Shown: piece by piece, positions 10,244 through 20,831 of the stretch
How positions within the stretch are numbered: the stretch's first letter is position 1
Layout: each line of letters begins with the position of its first letter
Assembly: GCF_006345805.1 (NCBI RefSeq)
Contig: NW_021836858.1
Span: 1 to 37,687 of the forward strand
DNA length: 37,687 nt
Source of the DNA: Octopus sinensis
Taxonomy: Eukaryota
Direction of reading: 5' to 3'
Notes under the pieces: generated by a model
Seen by the model: only the letters and a program-made list of their open reading frames with translations
Databases searched by the model: none
Told to the model about the DNA's origin: nothing
Translations under genes and position numbers: made by a program

Positions 10244-10760
10244 TCTATATATATAAAACTGTAGTTGTGTGAGTGTCTGTCCCCTTCGATTTAGATTCCT
10301 AACTACTCCCACATTTTGCGGTGCAGTTTAACCAAATTCGGGTATCTTGTAGTCGTGATTAATATCGAGCCCGTCTGGCTATTAGCGCGCGTCTACGATG
10401 AGTCTACGATTTTAAAAATAATTTAACATCATTTTTTATTCCATTTTAATGCATAATTTTTCGTGTGTTGATGGCGGCGGAGTTGGCGTCCACGCTCAAA
10501 CACCTGCACCTGTGTTTGCTTCTCCCCCTTCTTCCCTCCCTCGTGAAGCTGTGGGGAAGGGAGTGTAAAGAAATCAATGTCGTAATGCGTTGTCAAGGAG
10601 ACCAGCGTTCTTTTAGAACAACGACTTCATGGCTTGAAGACACCAAAACAGAAATGGCTAAGAAAGCCCGAATTGGCGTCTATAAGGGAAGTAACTCTCT
10701 AAAAATGCTTATATAGTTATTTCCCTTACAAACCCGAGCAACGCCGGGCGATACTGCTAG
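10244..10760 (+). mobile_element. Non-autonomous Helitron, family copy 1
   Basis: A|TCTATATAT...CCCGAGCAACGCCGGG hairpin...CTAG|T. Inserted between A and T with no TSD. Confidence 0.85.
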
Positions 10761-11318
10761 TCTGATATAAGAAGCTACTCGGAGTTAGATCAATTTTACA
10801 GTATTTCCTTCCGGTGTGTTTGTTTTATCGTTATATATGCAATAAGTTTGGCGCCTTCGCTATTGGTATACAATTCTGTCTTTCAAGAAGAGACGAAATC
10901 AATTATATGTAGATTCATCTGAAAAGTGTTATAATCAAGAAAGGAAACGTTATATATTGCCAATATTTAACAACGCTTGTTTGCAAAACAATCATCTTTA
11001 ATATGAAATGTGATATTCTTACTGTTATATCGATTAAATGTCGAGTCTGCAATATTATTTCTTTTTATTCCGGGTAAACATACAAACCATTAGAAAGACT
11101 TGAAAGCCTGATCGATAAGCCTGATATTAAATATACCACGTACAACTTTGCTTGGTGATGCATGTTAATTTCTTTATTACATTAATTCATTTCACAGATT
11201 TCGTGATTGTCAGCTTTCGATGTACAAGGCCTTCAACGATGGACAAGGTCTTCAATTAAGACATTTATACTTTCTGTTATTTACTATTTGTATATTTATT
11301 TTCCTTTATTGCCCATAT

Positions 11319-11682
11319 AGGCGCAGGAGTGGCTGTGTGGTAAGTAGCTTGCTAACCAACCACATGGTTCCGGGTTCAGTCTTGTGAGTGGATTTGGTCG
11401 ATGGAAACTGAAAGAAGCCTGTCTTATATATGTATATATATATATATGTATGTGTGTGTGTTTGTGTGTCTGTGTTTGTTCCCCTAGCAATGCTTGACAA
11501 CCGAAGCTGGTGTGTTTACGTCCCCGTCACTTAGCGGTTCGGCAAAAAGAGACCGATAGAATAAGTACTGGGCTTACAAAAAGAATAAGTCCCGGAGTCG
11601 AGTTGCTCGACTAAAGGCGGTGCTCCAGCATGGCCGCAGTCAAATGACTGAAACAAGTAAAAGAGTAAAAGAGTAAAGAGTA
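11319..11682 (+). mobile_element. tRNA-derived SINE, family B (internal deletion after the B box)
   Basis: Head GGCGCAGGAGTGGCTGTGTGGTAAG, internal (TA)(TG) tract, (GAGTAAAA)n tail. Confidence 0.88.
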
Positions 11683-11684
11683 TA

Positions 11685-11897
11685 AGGGGCTAAACACAGA
11701 GGGGGACAAACAAGGACAGACAAACGGATTAAGTCGATTATATCGACCCCAGTGCGAAAGTGGTATTTTATTTATCGACCCCGAAAGGATGAAAGGCAAA
11801 GTCGACCTCAGCGGAATTTGAACTCAGAACGTAACGACAGACGAAATACCATTAAGCATTTCGCCCAGCGCGCTAACGTGTCTGCCAGCTCGCCGCC
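11685..11897 (-). mobile_element. SINE family A, tail-to-tail with a family B SINE
   Basis: Homologous to 2423-2653. The last about 20 nt of the tail are missing. Confidence 0.88.
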
Positions 11898-12144
11898 TTA
11901 CTATTTGTATATTATCAACAGAAAACATGCATGAGGAGATATGTTTGTCCGTTGGTTGTGATAGTAGAATCTAATCACGTCGTTATTCTTAGTTCTGGTG
12001 CTCGTTGCTTCAACCGATTGAAAGTAGTCCTTGGTGACATGGCCCTCATACGCGTCAACTCCTCACTTCCATTTTCATTTATTTAACAACCTAAGTTTTT
12101 GGCCGTCATTATTTATACCATATTGATATTTATACAAAAATTAA

Positions 12145-12372
12145 GGCGGCGAGCTGGCAGAACCGTTAGCACGCCGGGCGAAATGCGTAGCCGTGTTTCG
12201 TCTGCCGTTACGTTCTCAGTTCAAATTCCGCCGAGGTCGACTTTGCCTTCCATCCTTTCGGGGTCGATAAATTAAGTACCAGTTACGCACTGGGGTCGAT
12301 GTAATCGACTTAATCCGTTTGTCTATCCCCTCTGTGTTTAGCCCCTTGTGGGTAATAAAGAAATAGGTATTT
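12145..12372 (+). mobile_element. SINE family A (full length, ends AAAGAAATAGGTATTT)
   Basis: Homology to the other copies; A and B boxes present. Confidence 0.9.
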
Positions 12373-13168
12373 ATAAAAAAATTAATTAGATGCCTACTAA
12401 TTAAATCAAATATAGTTATGTACAGTCATATTTCACATGCTTGTGTACATTTGTTCATGGGAAGACAATATACTGCACATGTTGTCCCGAGAGAAAGAAT
12501 TCTTTTTATAAATAATGTGGATGTAAACACACGACACTTATGGCTTTGTGGTGTATTTACATCCATATTGTCTCTGAGGAGAAGTTCTTCTCTCGCGACA
12601 ACTTATGCAGCGTATTGTCTTTGCATGTCCGAATTAGATATGATTGTACATAACTATATCACAGAAAAACGTTCGTGAGCCGGAGAGGCCCTTTCGTTAA
12701 ATTTTATTCATTGCTTAATTCTCTATAATTATTTTATCGTAATATTCTATCTTAAAACAAGCTGACAGAATCGTTAGCACACCGGACGAAATGCTTTGCG
12801 AGATTTCGTCCGTCTTTATGTTCTGAGTTCAAATTCCGCTGACTTTGCCTTTCATCCTTTCGGGTTTGATAAAATAAGAACCAGTTGAGTACTGGTGTCG
12901 ATGTAATCGACTTACACCATTCCCGAAATTGCTGGCCTTGTACCAAAAAATAGAAATTGATCTTATATATGATATTTCCATCTACGATTCTTGAAAAAGA
13001 TACCACCCTAACAGTGACCCAGTCAATAACACCGACAATTACGCCAGAAAGATGCAAAATGTAAATAAATAATTAAACATAACATTAATTACAGCAGCGA
13101 TCTCCATTATTATAATGAATATATCCGTTTCTTTAATGCTACAATAATCCCATCTTATAATTTTGCAG

Positions 13169-13380
13169 GCCTTACAAGCAGCAAGCCGAAACTTCAGTTC
13201 AGAAATATCGCAGAATCTTCTTAACGGTATTCTTGCATTTGCTGGTTCTTATACAAGTCAGAAGAATATCAAATCCGCAAACCTCAACTTGTTTACGACG
13301 AAATCTATGTTGAATCAGCCGTTGACCAGGACACTGACAGAAAAAGTCACTTTCACTCCCGGAGAAACATTAGAGGAAAG
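13169..13380 (+). CDS. Exon 4: ALQAASRNFSSEISQNLLNGILAFAG...TPGETLEE(R)
   Basis: Acceptor ttttgcag|, phase 0 to 2. Donor AG|gttaac at 13380/13381. An alternative donor CC|gtaatt at 13398/13399 has the same phase. Confidence 0.75.
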
Positions 13381-13410
13381 GTTAACACACTATATACCGT
13401 AATTTAGTAG

Positions 13411-13411
<1 letters not shown>

Positions 13412-13446
<35 letters not shown>

Positions 13447-13465
13447 CGTCGTCGTCGTCGTCGTC

Positions 13466-13507
<42 letters not shown>
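13412..13507. repeat. Compound trinucleotide (GTT)11(GTC)7(GTA)14
   Basis: Counted directly; starts 31 nt after the exon 4 donor. Confidence 0.95.
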
Positions 13508-13508
<1 letters not shown>

Positions 13509-13762
13509 ACGATATCCTCACATCAATCCAGATTCAGCAAGTCTAGCATCAAAAGCGTTCCAGCCATGACCATTGCTAGGTCTGCTTCTTCTGGCGCAAT
13601 GTTGCTGAATAACCTACTCAATGAATATTATTATAGCGATTATGGTTTGTGCAGAGTCAGTCCTGCTCTTTCGTCCTTGAAACTTATATTAGTCCGGTAC
13701 AGTAAGTACCACAAGCTCAGTAGATGTCAGGGGGCAGGATAGTAGAGTTACTTTATCTTAGA

Positions 13763-14160
13763 CTAGCAGTATCGCCCGGCGTTACTTGGGTTTGTAAGGG
13801 AAATAACTATATAAGCATTTTTAGAGAGTTATAGCCAAAAAGTAGCAAAAAATGCATTAAAAATGGGAAAAAAATGATGGTAAATTTTTTTTTTTAATCG
13901 TTGACTCATCGTAGACATTTTTAGAGAGTTACTTCCCTTATATAATAGCGAAAAAAATGCATTAAAATGGAAAAAATTATGGTAATTTTTTTTTTAAATC
14001 GTAGACTCATCGTAGACGCGCGCTAATACCCACAAGGGCTCGATATGAATCACGACTATAAGATACCCGGTTTGGGTTAAACTGCACCGCAAAATGTGGG
14101 AGTAGTTAGGAATCTAAATCGTAGGAGACAGACACACAACCTCTCTTTTATGTATAAAGA
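13763..14160 (-). mobile_element. Non-autonomous Helitron, family copy 2
   Basis: Minus strand A|TC...CTAG|T. Homologous to 10244-10760, with an internal duplication of about 105 bp. Confidence 0.85.
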
Positions 14161-14443
14161 TAAACTGTTAAAGAGCAGACGGACCTCATCTACCCTGGGG
14201 CCATTGGAGGTACCTGTCAGGGATCTTCTTCGGGAAGCAATTCCGTGACATACTACTTGATCCATAACTGGGGCCCTGATAAGCGCCACAATTCTGGTTA
14301 AGAGCAGACCTGGAAACAATGATAGTCAACAGGTGATTCCACATTCCTCAAAATCCCGGAATTGCCAAACCAGGGCCCTACTACTGGAAGCACTTTGCCA
14401 AAGACGTTAATCATAACAAACCCGTTCGAAACAACAATGGCCA

Positions 14444-14901
14444 GCTGGGATCTTTTCGGTTTGAACGGCAGTTTTTTCTAGCGGTGTCAAATGAAAATGT
14501 CACCCATAATTATGACCCTAGTATCGATCTATTACATTTCAATATGTTTTAGGGTTAGGGTTAGAGTTAGAGTTAGTTAGGGTTAGGGTTAGGGCTAGGG
14601 GTGGGGGAAGAGTATCTTTTTTTCTTCACAAATGTAAATAAACCCAATCTGTTTCTTAAACGAGAGGATATTCATACGGCACAGAATGTTTTTTTACCTT
14701 AATAGACGTCAGTGATTGGTTGAAATTGCAGAAATTGAAGAAAAAAAAGAACAAATATCTTACAAACTATAGAATGTTCTCCATAAAGCCAAGAGAAAAA
14801 GATGTTTTATAAACACATTCTACCAGTATTCGAAGTTTAAAACTTTTTAATTACCTAGAAATTATGTTAAAAACTGCCGTTCAAACCGAAAAGATCCCAG
14901 C
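14444..14901. mobile_element. Non-autonomous TIR DNA transposon (MITE-like) with internal telomere-type repeats
   Basis: 33-bp perfect inverted repeat GCTGGGATCTTTTCGGTTTGAACGGCAGTTTTT (14444-14476 and 14869-14901). (TTAGGG)-like tract at 14549-14600. The superfamily and TSD were not resolved. Confidence 0.8.
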
Positions 14902-15036
14902 AATGTAACTACAATAAATGTATTCACCCTGGAAATAGTAATACTGTCTCAGCTCTTATTCTTGTACTAAGTACACTTTTTCAAGTTTATTGAAACCTGT
15001 GTTAATATTCAATTTTTTATTTTATGCTCTTTCCAG

Positions 15037-15194
15037 GTATGTCAACTGGGAGTGTAGTAAAACCGAGAAATGTCAAGGAGCTGTAGCACAAATATTGCAG
15101 ATCGCCAACGGAGCCAGTGTGTTTCCTCTGAATGACACCAAAACCGATGTAGTTTCTGACGTGATTGATTTCTCACTCTATAATCCCAGTTCAG
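15037..15194 (+). CDS. Exon 5: YVNWECSKTEKCQGAVAQILQIANG...DVVSDVIDFSLYNPSS(G) (GAIN-B-like)
   Basis: Acceptor ctctttccag| and donor CAG|gtaaaa. Phase 2 to 1. VVSDVIDFSLY..G resembles the polycystin-1-like GAIN strand pattern. Confidence 0.85.
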
Positions 15195-15295
15195 GTAAAA
15201 CATACTAGATATTACACATCACTATCAAATGTGTTACACCATAGAAAGAGGTCTCCAAATTTGCTGCGGGTTGGCATCCGAGCAAAGCTCCCTAC

Positions 15296-15723
15296 ACTCT
15301 TACTCTCTTTACTATTCTACTGGTTTCAGTCATTTGATTGCGGCCATGCTGGAGCACCGCCTTTTAGTCGAGCAAATCGACCCCGGAACTTATTCTTTGT
15401 AAGCCCAGTACTTATTCTATCGGTCTCTTTTGCCGAACCGCTAAGTGACGGGGACGTAAACACACCAGCATCGGTTGTCAAGCAATGCTAGGGGGACAAA
15501 CACAGACACACAAACACACACACACACATGCATATATATATATATATATACATATATACGACAGGCTTCTTTCAGTTTCCGTCTACCAAATCCACTCACA
15601 AGGCATTGGTCAGCCCAGGGCTATAGCAGAAGACACTCGCCCAAGATGCCACGCAGTGGGACTGAACCCGGAACCATGTGGTTGGTTAGCAAGCTACTTA
15701 CCACACAGCCACTCCTGCGCCTA
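15296..15723 (-). mobile_element. SINE family B (full length)
   Basis: Reverse-complement homology to 11319-11682, including the segment deleted there. Confidence 0.9.
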
Positions 15724-15849
15724 TGGCGAATGTTAAAGAACATCTAATGCCCTAGATTAGGCGAGATAACTCACCTCGTAACTGCTATCCGACAGCAAAT
15801 TTGGACGATAAACAAAACACATAGACTATGTCTGTACGATTGATAATAT

Positions 15850-15901
<52 letters not shown>

Positions 15902-15997
15902 ATATCTATCTATATATTATATATATATATATTTGTAAAAAATGAAGTTCGAAAATGCTGCTGTATTATACAATTTTTAATTTTTATATATACATTA

Positions 15998-16032
15998 TAA
16001 CATGTTTCAGTTCCTGAAATGAACCTTATCAA
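15998..16032 (-). ncRNA. Possible decayed hammerhead at the 3' end of the Penelope-like element
   Basis: Minus strand reads TTGATAA-G-GTTC-ATTTCAG-GAAC-T-GAAAC-AT-GTT. The core has two changes from CUGAUGA and there is no clear stem I. Confidence 0.35.
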
Positions 16033-16118
16033 AAAAAGTTATATATAAAAAGAGACAGCTCATGCCGTCAAACACAAGAAATTCATTTATAATACACAAC
16101 GGAGTCAGACATCTTAGA

Positions 16119-16183
16119 GTTCATGTATAGTTGATATATAGTTCATGTATAGTTGATATATGTTCATGTATAGTTGATATATA
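16119..16183. repeat. Three copies of a 21-22 bp unit GTTCATGTATAGTTGATATAT(A)
   Basis: Direct reading. Lies inside the 3' end of the Penelope-like element. Confidence 0.9.
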
Positions 16184-16395
16184 GTTTGAAGTATATGTTC
16201 AAAGTGTTCGATGCAGTGGCCCACGGTGGCGATACGTATTCAATACAAAAAACAGATCAAAGTGGTGGAAAGCGGTCAATACAGAAGATTGATGTTTCCG
16301 AAAGAGCGAGGAATTCATTTTTACCTTAAGCAATTGTGATGACCCATGGTGGAAGTTCGCTGGGTGGTTCTAGTGAGTTTTTGTGAAATGCTCGG

Positions 16396-16767
16396 TTTTA
16401 TAATGCCTGTTAGGTGGTCAATCTAGCGTAGCGTGACGTCATCAATGTTTTGACCAATCGTTTCGTTAGGTGGCTTTAACCAAGTGGAACGGGACGTCAT
16501 CATTATTTTGACCAATCGCTGCATTATAACTCCCTCTTGTTTGTTTCCTGTCTTGACCAGTCGCTTCGTTAGTCAAGCATAGCGGGACGTCATCCAGATT
16601 CTGCCCAATCACGACTTATAGCTACATTAGATCTGCCCCCTGTCTGTACTTGTTAGGTGACTATTCAAGCAGAAAAGGACGTCATCAATATTCTGACTAA
16701 TGACTGTCCCCTGTTTGTATCCTGTCCATTCTAGCAGAGCTAGACGTCATCAACTTGTTGACCAATC
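16396..16767 (-). promoter_or_regulatory. Candidate pseudo-LTR promoter: five GACGTCATC-N10-CCAATC modules plus TATAAAA
   Basis: GACGTCATC at 16435, 16493, 16586, 16678 and 16743. Each is followed after exactly 10 nt by CCAATC (CTAATG in the fourth). TATAAAA on the minus strand at 16402-16396. Confidence 0.6.
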
Positions 16768-16934
16768 AGAATCGGGTCTGACCCTTAGCTGTATCGTATG
16801 TATCAGGGTCAGATTTGCACGAAAGAATTTTTTTCCTTTTTTACTAAGGCATATTTCCGTCAGAGTGAGTGTCTGTTTGAAGTAGCGGCCGTGGTGAAAT
16901 TTGGTTCTCCTTTTCGGAGGACTTATCTTTTGTT

Positions 16935-19280
16935 TTAGTATTCCTGGCCCAGGGTGTTTAAACTTGGTCTAAATTTTTTTATGAAATATAGTTCTTTATT
17001 TTGGCGTTGTGTGAAGGTTGCGTTGTCACTGAATTTATAGAGCGGGTTAGTTGTAAATTTCGGATTTACATTTCCAGCACATCTATCTATGTGTCCGCTG
17101 ACCGGTATTTTGCGGTAATCAGGGTTTCTAATTTGTGATTTATGCACCGCCATCCTGTTACGTAAGCTATTTTTTGTATGGCCTATATACTGCCTATTGC
17201 AGCCTGCGCATGTTATGACGTAAATTAAGTTTTCTGATGCGCAGGTGAAGTTTGTTCTAATGGTGAACTGGTGGCCTTGTTCCAGTATAAATTCTGATCT
17301 TCTTTCAAGATGACACAGATTCCGCAGTTGGGCCTTCCACATTTTCTAACTGCTGGTTTTGTGGTTGATGTTGAGTGCAGTGTAGCTTGGGTTAAAATCC
17401 TTTTCAAGGATTTTGGTTGCCGTTTACTTTTAATGATGGTGTGTGTTTCGAGGATCCGGTTCATCTTTGGGTCTCCCTTTAGTAGGGCTGTGCTTTGTAG
17501 TATGGTGTTGAAGGCCTCATTGTTGAGTGGGTTGTGTGTAGAGATGTAGGGAAGGGTTTTTAATTGTTCTTTCTTTTTTGGTTTTGTTTGTCTCAGGTCT
17601 TCTATACTTAATTTAAGTACCCGTTGGATTGCACTGTCTATTAGGGGCTGTGGATAGTTTCTATTTGTGAGTGTGGTTCTAAGTTCCTGGAGACGTGTGT
17701 GTCGGGTGTTTGTGTCTGATATTATGGTGCAAATCCTTCTAGCTAAACAAAAAGGGACATTCATTCTAGTGTGTCGTGGGTGGCATGAATCAAAGGGTAG
17801 GTACTGTTTAGAGTCTGTCGGTTTATAGTAGATATCTGTCTCTATTTTGTTGCCGGTTTTCTTAATGAGGATGTCTAAAAATGGTAATTCTTTTTCGTTG
17901 TGGTCCATCGTGAATTGTATATTGTCATTTATTCCATTTAATAGAATTTTAAATTCCTCAAGTTTCTCTATGCCTTTGTCCCAGATGATGAAACAGTCAT
18001 CGAGGTATCTTTTCCAGTTGTTATGGATATAGGTGGCGAAGGTGTTTCCATATTTCTCGAGTGTCATCCGGTATAGTATTTTCTCGAGGTATCCCATCAC
18101 TAGGTTGGCAAAAGATGGTGCAGTACGCGTGCCCATCGCTGTTCCCGATCTTTGCCTGTAGAAATCATTGTCAAAAATAAAATAATTGTTCTCTAAAATG
18201 AATCTAAGTCCTTCTATTATAAGGTCTTTGTTTATGCGAGTTGGGAGTTCAAAGGGGTAGTTATTCAGCCAGAAGGTGATTGCTTCTATTCCTAGGTGTG
18301 AGGGATGTTAGAATAAAGATTAACTACGTCGAATGATACTAGAAGGGTTTTCTCATTGACTGTTTTAGGGAGGTGGTTGAGCATATCTATATCGTCTCTT
18401 ACGTAGCTTTTGATGTGTTTTAGGAAAGGTTTAAGAAGTGTGTCTAAGAAATTGCTGAGGCGGTGAGTTTCACATGCTGGCCCTGCTATTATCGGTCTTA
18501 GTTTAAGATCATTTGGTGAAGGGATTTTGATGAGTGTGTCGGTGGATGTTTTGCACGTTTCTCTAATGGTTTGGCTTTTGTGTACCTTAGGGATACCATA
18601 GAACAAACTCGATTTGCATTTGAAGTTAGTGATGTATTCATACTCCTTGTTCGTGAGTCCTTCTTGGTATGTGTTGATTAATGTCCTAAGGTTATGCATT
18701 ATTTTTTGCTGGTTATACTGTTGGGCCCTTTCATAATACGTTTCATCTCTTAATAGGGATAGCACTAAATTTTTATAATTGTTTGTATTCATTATTACTA
18801 TCGCGTTGCCCTTATCTGCCTCCTTAATTGTTATTGTTTTGTCTTCTCTTAGTTTGATGAGGTCGTTCCATTCTCTTTTGTTGAAGTTAGGGCTGTGTTT
18901 TTGTTTCTTGATGAATTGAAACGGGAAATTAGTTATGTAGTCACAATAGCGGTCTAAGGCTTTATTCTTACCTTTGGTGGGGGTGTAATTGCTCTTGTTT
19001 CTAGCTATTGAGTCCTCCTCTATTTGTTTGTCTTGAAATGCCTCGGTGAGTCTTAGTTTTCTGCAAAATTCCGAAATATCATCTTTCATTTCATAATAAT
19101 TAGAACGTTGTGGGGTGGGTGTAAATTTAAGTCCTTTGGAGAGTATGCTTATTTCGTTAGGTGTAAGTTCTTTGTTTGAGAGATTGATTATCTTAATTAC
19201 CTGAGGTTTCTTTTGTTTGTCCTTTGCCATCGTGTGTCCCTGTTCCTGTGTGTGGGGTCTAAAAAATGGTTGGTGTAGTT
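16935..19280 (-). pseudogene. Penelope-like RT-GIY-YIG coding region, broken by two 1-nt deletions (about 18295 and 17299)
   Basis: IINLS..L...E...LSKGLKFTPTP; FDVVNLYSNIP; GTAMGTRTAPSFANL; RYLDDCF; LPFLDI; CGRPNCGIC; NLIYVITCAGCNRQYIGHT; KELYFI..LN. The region 18295-18136 is open as LGIEAITFWL...NNYFIFDNDFYRQRSGTAMG. Confidence 0.92.
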
Positions 19281-20400
19281 ATGTTCAAAGCTATTATTTA
19301 TCTGTCTCATGTTGTTATAATTGTCAGAGTGAGTTTGTGGTGCTCTGTTCTGGAGTCTGTTGTTGAACCTAGTGTTACGTCTTAGTTCCTCAGGTGTATT
19401 GTGTTGGTAGTTGTTTCCTCCGTAGTGCATTTGTTGTTTGTTATGGTTGTATGGTTGGTTCCTGGGGTGGATGTTGGTAGTAGCGTTTTGGTTTGGTTAT
19501 GTGGGTTGTATTTTATAGTATTGTATGTTGTGGCTCTTAGGTTCGTGGAATGGTGTGGTGGGACCCTATAAGTGTTTTGGGGTTGGTGTAGGTAGTGTGG
19601 GGTGCGTTTTAAATGCATTTTTCTGGTGTAGAGTGTGTTTGGATTTCTTGGTGGTTGTTCTGCTCTGTTGGTATGTCTATTTTCGAACTGGTGTGGTGGG
19701 CCTCTGTAGGTGTTTTGGGGTTGGTGTAGGTAGTGTGGGGTGTGTTTTAGGTGTACTTTTCTGGTGTAGAGTGTGGTAGGATTTCTTGGTGGTTGTTCCG
19801 TTCTATTGGTATTTGGTTTTGATTTGCTTAATTTTATGAAGGGGTTGTTGGATATGTGTTCATTTTTGAAGTTGGTTTCATAATCTAGAAACCAGATGGC
19901 GCTCTTTTCCCATCGTTGGAGGGACTTAAGTTCCTCTTTTTCACATTCTTCATTCCATAGTGCTGTTAATGTTTCAGTATTGTTGTCGTCTATTAGTTTG
20001 ATGACTTCTTCGTTGATTTCCTCGTCTATGGTTTTTACTTTTTCTTCATTCGTTTTAGCTCTCAGCTTAAGTAGTTCTATTTCCATCTTCATTTTTTCTA
20101 ATGACATTTTTTCTCTAAGTTTTCTTTGTTCTTCTGGTTCTTCCGAGATGGGTTTGATTTGTAATTTACGGGGTATGACTAGGGGTGTTGAGTCTAGCTA
20201 TTTTGGTAAATCTCTGCTTTATTCTGATTTTGTATCATTTTCCAAAAAGCGAATTTTCTGTTTCGCTGTAGTGTTCTCCATTGGGGGAGGACTTGGTTCT
20301 TTATTTGTAATGTTGAAGTTGCTCGGTTCTTCTCATGTGTTCCTTCTTTTTGTTGCTCTTGTTTCGTAAGTTTGTGAAGAATGTCGTCATTGTATCGCAT
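19197..20400 (-). pseudogene. Penelope-like N-terminal coding region (coiled-coil, then N/H/Q-rich linker) in three frameshifted pieces
   Basis: ORF pieces 20194-20400, 19382-20107 (open upstream to about 20197) and 19197-19430 are contiguous and each is offset by -1. Confidence 0.7.
19551..19814 (-). repeat. Two in-frame 138-bp (46-aa) tandem repeats inside the Penelope-like ORF
   Basis: Units start at 19551 and 19689 (tggtgtggtggg). Peptide NRxEQPPRNPxTLYTRKxHLKxTPHYLHQPQNTYR occurs twice. Confidence 0.9.
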
Positions 20401-20448
20401 AGATTTTCAATAGATTTCATATATATATATATATATTATATATATATG

Positions 20449-20482
<34 letters not shown>

Positions 20483-20520
20483 ATATGTATGTATGTATAT
20501 GTATGTATGTATGTATGTAT

Positions 20521-20720
20521 GTCGAGCTTACGACCTTGAGGTTGTGACTTCGATTCCCGGACCGGGCTGCGTGTTGTGTTCTTGAGCAAGACACTTTATT
20601 TCACGTTGCTCCAGTTCACTCAGCCGTAGAAATGAATTGCGATGTCACAGGTGCCGAGCTGTATCGGCCCCTTGGATAACATTGGTGGCGTGGAGAGGCT
20701 GGTACGCATGGGCGACTGCT
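20521..20720 (+). mobile_element. 5'-truncated tRNA-derived SINE (another family)
   Basis: B box CTTCGATTCCC, then TTGAGCAAGACACTTTATTTCACGTTGCTCCAGTTCACTCAGC. A related degraded copy lies at about 5690-5837 (-). Confidence 0.65.
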
Positions 20721-20766
20721 GGTCTTCTATAAACAACCTGTATATGTTATATATATATATATATGC

Positions 20767-20831
<65 letters not shown>

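Larger units (their letters stand above)
15933..20420 (-). mobile_element. Penelope-like retroelement (RT plus C-terminal GIY-YIG with a Cys-rich linker, Neptune-like), 5'-truncated
   Basis: RT and endonuclease motifs as listed in the next feature. About 1 kb 3' non-coding region. Flanked by (TA)n on both sides. Confidence 0.92.

Noticed and set aside
19896-20369. 157-aa plus-strand ORF (also 17310-17549, 17847-18032 and 19525-19779)
   Set aside because: Antisense shadows of the Penelope-like ORF.
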